From Bacteroidales bacterium (GTDB lineage: Bacteria > Bacteroidota > Bacteroidia > Bacteroidales > GCA-2748055), in contig JAIOZM010000001.1 in assembly GCA_021740585.1 (NCBI GenBank), positions 43,747 through 107,746 on the forward strand: a stretch of 64,000 bases of DNA, in the 5' to 3' direction. Below, piece after piece: positions 57,503 to 64,000 of the stretch; the stretch's first letter is position 1; each line of letters begins with the position of its first letter. The translations under genes were made by a program, and so were the position numbers. Below the pieces are notes generated by a model that saw nothing but the letters and a program-made list of their open reading frames with translations, was not told the DNA's origin and did not search any database.

Positions 57503-57792
57503 ATAAACCTGCTTTATTATGCTTTTGTAAATGAATTTGCAAAGGTAGTAAAATTCATTAAAAGTGGAAGCACTTAGAATTATCTATGCAAGTTCCCGGT
57601 ATATAAAAAACCGGGGTTAAGAAAGCATTCATTACGGATTTATATTTTGCTGCATCTAATGAGAATATTTATTCTCCCTGTCCCTGAAATACTGATAATC
57701 ATTATAAAAATTTTTGGCTCCCTGATATCTAATAAACTCTTAGCATTTTCGGGAACGTAAAATCTTTGCTACATTCGCAAAAAAATAAATTT

Positions 57793-58392
57793 ATGTTTTC
57801 AGGAATCGTTGAAGAAGCAGCAAAAGTTATAAGACTGCAAAAAGAAAAGGAAAATCTGCACATTTCAATGGAGTGTAGTTTTGTAAAAGAACTTCAAATT
57901 GATCAAAGTATTTCTCATAATGGGGTTTGTCTTACAGTTGTTCAAAAGGATGATAAATCGTATACCGTTACAGCTATTAAGGAGACCCTTGAAAAATCCA
58001 ATCTTGGCGATCTCAAAATAGGAGATAAAGTGAATCTGGAGAGGAGTGCCAGCTTAAATGGGAGACTCGACGGACATATTGTTCAGGGGCACGTTGATCA
58101 GACGGCAATTTGCACAGAAGTGAGAGAAGCTGATGGCAGCTGGTATTTTAAATTTGAATACGAGCCAGTTCAGGACGATTATATTACTGTGGAAAAGGGA
58201 TCTGTTTCAGTGAACGGAGTAAGTCTGACCGTTGTTAATTCCCGTGATCGCTCTTTTGAGGTAGCAATTATTCCTTTTACTTATGAGATGACAAATTTTC
58301 ATCAGATCAAACCGGGGAGTACTGTTAATCTTGAGTTTGACATAATAGGGAAATATATCGCAAAAATCTTAAGACAGCAACAAGGGAAATAA
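57793..58392 (+). CDS. ribE: Riboflavin synthase alpha chain
   Basis: Trimmed to MFSGIVEE. An internal duplication is visible (SISHNGVCLTV / SVSVNGVSLTV). Confidence 0.9.
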   Translation: MFSGIVEEAAKVIRLQKEKENLHISMECSFVKELQIDQSISHNGVCLTVVQKDDKSYTVTAIKETLEKSNLGDLKIGDKVNLERSASLNGRLDGHIVQGHVDQTAICTEVREADGSWYFKFEYEPVQDDYITVEKGSVSVNGVSLTVVNSRDRSFEVAIIPFTYEMTNFHQIKPGSTVNLEFDIIGKYIAKILRQQQGK

Positions 58393-58406
58393 TACTTTTG
58401 CACGTT

Positions 58407-58838
58407 ATGAATGAATTGAATCCGCGTATCACAGAATTCTTACATAAACATCATGTATTGACTCTTGCTACCTGTTCTGATAACTTACCCTGGTGTGCAA
58501 ACTGTTTTTATGTGTGGATTGAAGAAGAGGCCGGCTTTGTTTTTACTTCAGATGATACTACTAAACACATACAGGATTTATTACAAGGCAATAATGTTGC
58601 AGGGAGTGTTGTTCTGGAAACCGAAACCATTGGTAAAATAAGAGGGATACAATTTAGGGGTAGATTATCGAAACCTGAAGGTGAGTTAGCGAAAAGATCA
58701 AAAAAAAGCTACCTGAAAAGATTTCCTTATGCCATGCTGATGCAGACCAATATATGGCTGCTGGAAGTAGATTATATTAAAATGACAGATAATCGTCTGG
58801 GTTTTGGAAAAAAATTAATCTGGGAAAGAGGAAAGTAG
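58407..58838 (+). CDS. YhbP/UPF0306, pyridoxamine-5'-phosphate-oxidase-like fold protein
   Basis: FLHKHHVLTLATCSDNLPWCANCFY and the length fit the YhbP family. Confidence 0.6.
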   Translation: MNELNPRITEFLHKHHVLTLATCSDNLPWCANCFYVWIEEEAGFVFTSDDTTKHIQDLLQGNNVAGSVVLETETIGKIRGIQFRGRLSKPEGELAKRSKKSYLKRFPYAMLMQTNIWLLEVDYIKMTDNRLGFGKKLIWERGK

Positions 58839-58980
58839 AATACAGATGTACTGTTCATTAGAAGCATATTAAAAGCCGAATGATTTGTAGCCGTTTTTAA
58901 TTAATTTAAAAAATAATTCTCTTCAGACTACGTTTTTTTCGTCATTTTTCCATTAAGGGTATAATTAATACCCCACAGAA

Positions 58981-59298
58981 ATGGAAAAAAAATATTATCA
59001 GAATTGGAATCGCCTTGTTTACTACGTTTCGGATGTTTATGCCGCAACAAGTAAATTCAAAACAGGAAAAGCAAAGGATCTAAGTCAGAAAATCAGAAAA
59101 ACAGCTGTCTCTATTACGGTTGATCTAAACCGGCCTCAGGAAATAGAAAAGTCAAAGATTTATCCGCTGTTATCAAGCGTTTCAGTGCTTGAAACCTATT
59201 TACAACTGGCAAAAAAGTATAAGTTTCTAAAAGACACTTCGGTTCTGGATTATAAATTGAAAGAGTTAAAGACCATTCTGAATCAGATGCTGGAATAA
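58981..59298 (+). CDS. Possible diverged four-helix-bundle (23S rRNA IVS protein-like) protein
   Basis: 105 aa, all helical. DLSQKIRKTAVSITVDL resembles the L.sQlrRAavSI..NI segment of that family. Weak. Confidence 0.3.
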   Translation: MEKKYYQNWNRLVYYVSDVYAATSKFKTGKAKDLSQKIRKTAVSITVDLNRPQEIEKSKIYPLLSSVSVLETYLQLAKKYKFLKDTSVLDYKLKELKTILNQMLE

Positions 59299-59532
59299 AA
59301 ACCGGCTGATATTTAATCCCTTTTGCTTTCCATTAACCGAATAACCCATACCTGTTTGGATTGAGACAAGCATAGGATATTTTTTATTTATCATTCCTAA
59401 AGCTGAATGGATGAGTTTTAGCTTGTTTTAGGCTCCATTTTTAGTTTTTTTCACTCGAAAATGTATAAGTAAATTGTTGAAATACATGAAGAAGATCATA
59501 TATTTCTTATTTTTGTGCAACAATTTTCAAGA

Positions 59533-60573
59533 ATGAAATCATCAACTCCACGCCAATTAGCTTTCTATCTTGCCTTGATTGCATCTGTACTTTTTGGTGG
59601 GGCACTTCTTACTCTTAAATATATCAGGTTTAACGACCAATTTGTATTTATTATTATTTTTGCTGCCATCTTCTTTATCCTGATAGATCTTATTGCTTTA
59701 AGGATCTTTAACGATTTTATTTTCAACAAAATACAACCTATTTATAAAAGTATTTATAAGCATGCCATAAGTCAAAAAGCATTTAAAAAGCAAATTGTCA
59801 AAAATGATATGATATCCGGGGCTAATATGGAGCTTGAAAACTGGGTTAAAACAAAGGCACACGAGATCAATAAGCTAAAACAAATTGAGGAATACCGGAA
59901 AGATTTTCTGGGGAATGTATCTCATGAACTAAAAACACCCATATTTAATATCCAGGGCTATATTCTTACCCTTTTGGATGGAGGTCTGGAAGACGAGTCA
60001 ATAAATAAACTCTATTTGCAAAGAGCTGAGAAAAGCATCAACAGAATGATTTCTATTGTTGACGACCTTGAGTCGATTTCTCATCTTGAGTCAGGTGAGA
60101 TGGCATTGGAATTAGAGAAGTTCAATATAGTAAAAATGACTGAGGAGGTATTTGAGGCACTTGAGAAAAGAGCCAGAGATCATCAGATTTCTCTAACTAT
60201 TAATACAGGCGGTCAAAAGGCAATTCAGGTTTATGGAGATCGGAAACGTATTTTTGAAGTACTGAGTAATTTAATTCTGAATTCAATTAATTATGGTAAG
60301 AAAAGAGGGAAAACTACAGTTTCCTTTATGGATATGGGGAATAAAATATTAATAGACGTTAATGATAACGGCTCAGGCATTGCAGAGAAAGATATCCCAA
60401 GGATTTTCGAGAGATTTTATCGGACTGATAAAGCCAGGAGTCGTGAGGAGGGAGGAACCGGACTGGGTCTTGCAATAGTTAAGCATGTGATTGAAGCCCA
60501 TAAACAAAGTATTAGCGTGCGATCGAAACCCGGAAAGGGAAGCTCGTTTGTTTTTACATTGAAAAAAGCCTGA
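59533..60573 (+). CDS. Sensor histidine kinase (PhoR-like), no cognate response regulator adjacent
   Basis: Two TM helices, the H-box FLGNVSHELKTP, the N box LILNSINY, and the G boxes DNGSGI and GGTGLGLAIVK. Confidence 0.85.
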   Translation: MKSSTPRQLAFYLALIASVLFGGALLTLKYIRFNDQFVFIIIFAAIFFILIDLIALRIFNDFIFNKIQPIYKSIYKHAISQKAFKKQIVKNDMISGANMELENWVKTKAHEINKLKQIEEYRKDFLGNVSHELKTPIFNIQGYILTLLDGGLEDESINKLYLQRAEKSINRMISIVDDLESISHLESGEMALELEKFNIVKMTEEVFEALEKRARDHQISLTINTGGQKAIQVYGDRKRIFEVLSNLILNSINYGKKRGKTTVSFMDMGNKILIDVNDNGSGIAEKDIPRIFERFYRTDKARSREEGGTGLGLAIVKHVIEAHKQSISVRSKPGKGSSFVFTLKKA

Positions 60574-60678
60574 GAAGAAATATGGAATAATTTGTATTGA
60601 AGTGCTGAAAATATATTTTCAATCCTTTTCCCTAACCTCCGGCAAAATTTATACTTTTACTCGAAGCAATAAAATATT

Positions 60679-62196
60679 ATGAATAAACGTGGCCTAGTAA
60701 TGCTTATCACAGATCAGATCATTCTGATGATGGCTTTTTTATTTATGGTCGCTTATAAACCGGGATCATTAAACTACCTCACTACAAGATATTTTGCAGG
60801 CTTTGGGCTTTTGTTTTTTTCATGGGCATTAACTTCCATCCTTTTCAAGAAATATAGTTTTAAGAGGAAACATAGCTTCTCTGTGCTGATGAACAGGATT
60901 ATTATTTCAGATCTTGCAGCCCTTTCCATTGTTTCTGTTTTTATAATTGCTTTTTCAATTACCGGTTACTCCCGCTTAATATTTTTCGGTACTGTTGGTA
61001 TAGCAGCTGTCGTGGAAATCTTTATTGGCAATCTGTATTTTTTTCTTATTCACACGATAAATGGGAAAACTGATCTGGTAAATCCACCGCCAAAAGCATC
61101 AGATTTGGCAAAGGCTTATCGGGCTATTGATTATCATGAAAAAATATTTTCCGAAGAGGCCATTGCAAATGCCATTATTCTTGAATGTGGACAGACAGCT
61201 CTCGAATTTATTCAAAAACATAATGATTTAACAAATCCTAAGGTTCTTACAGTATCAACTTCCACTCGTTTTAATATTGAGTTTCAGCCTATAAATTATT
61301 TTGAAAAGATAATTAACCTGAAAAGAACAAACGATCTGCAGTATATTAATAAGTTTTTTGAAAGTATTAATCGAAAAATACCATTGGGCGGATATTATAC
61401 CGGCTGTGTTGAACCTAAAAATCAGAGAAAAGAAAGGATACTCAGGAAATATCCCCCGGTAATGAATTGGATTATGTATTCTTTTGATTTTATTATAAAA
61501 AGAGTCTTTCCTAAATTCATCCTCACCAAAAAGATATATTTTATACTTACCCGGGGCAATAACAGGGTGATAACCCGTGCAGAGACATTGGGCAGACTTT
61601 ATTCTTGTGGGTTTGAAGTCGTTGAAGAACGAGATATTGACAATTACTTTTATTTTGTGGTGAAAAAAATTGGAGAACCGGTTTACGATATGAATCCATC
61701 TTACGGACCCTTTGTTAAATTGAAAAGAATAGGTAAAGATGGTAAACTCATTAAGGTTTATAAATTGAGGACCATGCACCCCTATTCAGAATATCTTCAG
61801 GATTATATATATAAAATGCATCAACTTCAAAGTGGCGGAAAGTTTAAAAACGATTTCAGGATTTCAACAATAGGGAAGTTTTTTAGAATATTCTGGCTGG
61901 ATGAATTACCGATGACACTCAATCTTTTAAAAGGTAATTTGAAGCTGGTCGGTGTGAGACCAATAAGTAAACATTATTTTGACCTTTACAGTGCGGAGCT
62001 GCAACAGAAAAGAATTAAAAATAAACCCGGGCTGGTACCTCCTTTTTATGCCGATTTACCCAAAACACTTGAAGAAATACAGGCTTCAGAGTTGAGGTAT
62101 CTGGATGAATATGATAAGAAACCTTTTCGTACCGACTGGAAGTATTTCTGGAGAGCTATATGGAATATTCTTTTTAAGAAAGCGAGAAGTAAATAA
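60679..62196 (+). CDS. Polyprenyl-phosphate sugar phosphotransferase (bacterial sugar transferase family), large WbaP-like form
   Basis: 4-5 N-terminal TM helices. C-terminal KVYKLRTM ... RISTIGKFFRIFWLDELPMTLNLLKGNLKLVGVRP. Confidence 0.75.
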   Translation: MNKRGLVMLITDQIILMMAFLFMVAYKPGSLNYLTTRYFAGFGLLFFSWALTSILFKKYSFKRKHSFSVLMNRIIISDLAALSIVSVFIIAFSITGYSRLIFFGTVGIAAVVEIFIGNLYFFLIHTINGKTDLVNPPPKASDLAKAYRAIDYHEKIFSEEAIANAIILECGQTALEFIQKHNDLTNPKVLTVSTSTRFNIEFQPINYFEKIINLKRTNDLQYINKFFESINRKIPLGGYYTGCVEPKNQRKERILRKYPPVMNWIMYSFDFIIKRVFPKFILTKKIYFILTRGNNRVITRAETLGRLYSCGFEVVEERDIDNYFYFVVKKIGEPVYDMNPSYGPFVKLKRIGKDGKLIKVYKLRTMHPYSEYLQDYIYKMHQLQSGGKFKNDFRISTIGKFFRIFWLDELPMTLNLLKGNLKLVGVRPISKHYFDLYSAELQQKRIKNKPGLVPPFYADLPKTLEEIQASELRYLDEYDKKPFRTDWKYFWRAIWNILFKKARSK

Positions 62197-62199
62197 TAA

Positions 62200-62646
62200 T
62201 TACTCTGAATACTTATATTCAACTTCTGTTTCATAAGCGAATATTTTTTCCTTCCAGATGGCCGGTATGGGCATGGTTTGTTTCAATCTGGGAGAATAAC
62301 CAACCATTGTGGCCTGATTGCAGGATTTTGTCTCACCCGTAAGGGGATTATAAATTTCCTGAACCATTAAAAGACTCTTCTCTCCAATCTTTTTCATCCG
62401 GCTTCTGATCCATACCGTTTCGTTCATTTGAATAGGAAATTTATACTCGATCTTAATCGAAGCCATAATAACAGAAAAATCAAGCCAGTCAATGTTTGCG
62501 CCTATTACATCCTTAAAATAACGTATCCTTGCAAAATCGTAATAGTGCTGGTAAACAGCATTGTTAACATGACCCAGAACGTCAAAATCGTTAAATCTTG
62601 ACTGAATTTCAACGGCATGTATGAATTTGGATGTTTCTTCTGACAT
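62200..62646 (-). CDS. 4HBT/YbgC-type acyl-CoA thioesterase
   Basis: RFNDFDVLGHVNNAVYQHYYDFAR is the hot-dog fold thioesterase N-terminal motif. Confidence 0.7.
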   Translation of the reverse strand: MSEETSKFIHAVEIQSRFNDFDVLGHVNNAVYQHYYDFARIRYFKDVIGANIDWLDFSVIMASIKIEYKFPIQMNETVWIRSRMKKIGEKSLLMVQEIYNPLTGETKSCNQATMVGYSPRLKQTMPIPAIWKEKIFAYETEVEYKYSE

Positions 62647-62654
62647 ATTATTTT

Positions 62655-63242
62655 TTATTTTACTTTTCTTAGGATTTCAATCTCTCCTCCGATACCTATT
62701 TTAATAATTTCTGAAACGGCCGACCGTGAAAGTTCATCTTGCCTGTATTTTACTACATAGTCAACCGAATCAACAATAGTAGCTGAAATTTCATTAAAGC
62801 TTCCAGGCGATAATTCTCCGGAAATATTTGCAGATGTTGAAACGATAGGTTTCCTGAAATTTCTTATTAATTCAGAACTGAATGCCTCCCGGGTAATCCT
62901 GATGCCAATGCTTCCATCACCAGCAATCAGGTTTTTAGCCAGATTTTTAGCTCCGGGGTAAATTATTGTTATGGGTCGGTTAGATACCTCTATTAAATCC
63001 CAGGCTATATCTGGAATTTCTTTGATGTATGAACGCAGTAAATTTTCGTTTTCGAGTAAAACCAACATAGTCTTGCTGTCGGTTCTTTTTTTAAGCTTAT
63101 AGATTTTTTCTACCGCAGCCTGATTTGTTGCGTCGCATCCAATTCCCCAAATGGTGTCGGTAGGGTATAATATTATGCCTCCATTTTTTAGCACTTCAAT
63201 GCATTGGTGGATATCATCCCTGAAATCAGCAAATTGACTCAT
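62655..63242 (-). CDS. tsaC: L-threonylcarbamoyladenylate synthase (YrdC/Sua5 family)
   Basis: GGIILYPTDTIWGIGCDA and PIVSTSANISG. Confidence 0.85.
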   Translation of the reverse strand: MSQFADFRDDIHQCIEVLKNGGIILYPTDTIWGIGCDATNQAAVEKIYKLKKRTDSKTMLVLLENENLLRSYIKEIPDIAWDLIEVSNRPITIIYPGAKNLAKNLIAGDGSIGIRITREAFSSELIRNFRKPIVSTSANISGELSPGSFNEISATIVDSVDYVVKYRQDELSRSAVSEIIKIGIGGEIEILRKVK

Positions 63243-64000
63243 AAATAGTATATAATGATTTTATAGTTGTTTCTGGTAAAAATGCTTTTGAAAATTCATA
63301 ACCATGAGATTTCATTTTTTTTCTAAGTTCGGAATTTCCCAAAACCATATTAATGGCTTCGGAGAACTCCCCGGTATTGAATGGGTTTATATAAATTGAT
63401 TCCTTACCGCCTGTTTCCTCAAGACAACTTCCTTTTGCTGCAATTACGGGCGTTCCCGATTGTAATGCTTCAAGAACAGGCAAGCCGAAGCCTTCGAAAG
63501 AGGAGGGATAAACAAATAAACTTGCAAGCTGATAAATAGCCGGTAAATCCTCTGTAGGAACATTTTTAAGAAAATAAGTGTCTGACATTTGATTCTTTGC
63601 AATGTAAGAGAAGACTTCCTTTGCATATTCTTTTTCTTTTCCAATCACGATTATCGGGATACCAGACTTTGAATGATGGACTGCTTTTACCAATTCAAGA
63701 AGATTTTTCCTTTTCTCAATAGTGCCAACCGATAAAACAAATTCTGATGGCAGATCGTATTTTTCCTTAATTTGACTTAGCTGACTTTGTGTATATTTGG
63801 TGTTAAAAATAGGGTTTGACGATTGATAAACAACCTCAATTTTTGATTCATCAACTCCTAAAAACTCTACAATATCTCTCTTAGTTTGCTCGCTTATTGC
63901 AATAATTTTGTCAGCCACCTTTACAGAATGAGCATATTTTTTCTTATATATTTTTCGGTCGAAAGCTTTGTATAATTCAGGGTATCTGTAGAAAATAAGA
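63226..64000 (-). CDS. Glycosyltransferase family 1/4, C-terminal part (N-terminus beyond window)
   Basis: SFEGFGLPVLEALQSGTPVIA is the GT-B E(x7)E region. The frame stays open upstream of the track start (GVG-free GTG codon at 63918) all the way to base 64000 (..YRYPELYKAFDRKIYKKKYAHSVKVADKIIAIS). Confidence 0.8.
   Translation of the reverse strand, partial: LIFYRYPELYKAFDRKIYKKKYAHSVKVADKIIAISEQTKRDIVEFLGVDESKIEVVYQSSNPIFNTKYTQSQLSQIKEKYDLPSEFVLSVGTIEKRKNLLELVKAVHHSKSGIPIIVIGKEKEYAKEVFSYIAKNQMSDTYFLKNVPTEDLPAIYQLASLFVYPSSFEGFGLPVLEALQSGTPVIAAKGSCLEETGGKESIYINPFNTGEFSEAINMVLGNSELRKKMKSHGYEFSKAFLPETTIKSLYTIYESIC

Noticed and set aside
57503-57792. FMN riboswitch upstream of ribE (and upstream of ribD)
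   Set aside because: I could not find the conserved FMN-element core segments (the GGGCAGGGTGAAATTCCC / CCGACAGTATAGTC type) in the 290-bp leader. The ribD upstream region is occupied by prmC. A covariance-model scan would settle it.

Overview
This is 64 kb of a low-GC chromosome that looks Bacteroidota-type. The evidence is a T9SS-type C-terminal sorting tail on a secreted nuclease, several TTTG-N19-20-TAnnTTTG promoters, no Shine-Dalgarno usage, and the gene content. About two thirds is conserved housekeeping: mutA/mutB, fumC, prfB with its programmed +1 frameshift, recX, prmC, ribD, trxA, an exonuclease-fused dnaE, rpsP, rimM, rnr, lspA, ileS, ribE, tsaC and one tRNA-Glu(UUC).

Three accessory patches stand out.

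1. 17.6-24.9 kb is my best candidate for an undescribed system. A divergent locus encodes a periplasmic two-domain Ig-fold chaperone-like protein, translationally coupled to a MORN-repeat protein and a lipoprotein. It faces two paralogous secreted subunit genes and a 1000-aa outer-membrane barrel with Ig-like N-terminal and Cna-B-like C-terminal domains. This is a chaperone/usher-like layout built from proteins I cannot assign to known pilus families.

2. 0-8.6 kb is an envelope lipoprotein island: an FGE-sulfatase-domain protein, a CsgG/LpoB-like + PEGA-like + DUF4810-like + DUF799-like operon, a small beta-barrel, a secreted pseudo-caspase/caspase tandem protein, an LPP20-like protein, a DUF4384-like protein and an ankyrin lipoprotein.

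3. 36.4-41.9 kb holds a secreted TPR-Ig-caspase paralogue, followed 8 nt later by a beta-propeller/Y_Y_Y-TM-PP2C(SpoIIE) sensor phosphatase.

Several non-coding repeat systems are visible:
- a RAYT (IS200-like Y1 transposase) flanked by GTTGCATGCAAC-core palindromes, one of which sits inside its own coding sequence
- a 53-bp phased repeat array running into the start codon of a DUF234-type ATPase
- CTCCGTG-type and TTTCAGGTT-type intergenic repeats

I found no CRISPR array, rRNA, integrase, reverse transcriptase or recognisable known defence system. All family assignments come from reading motifs by eye, not from database searches.
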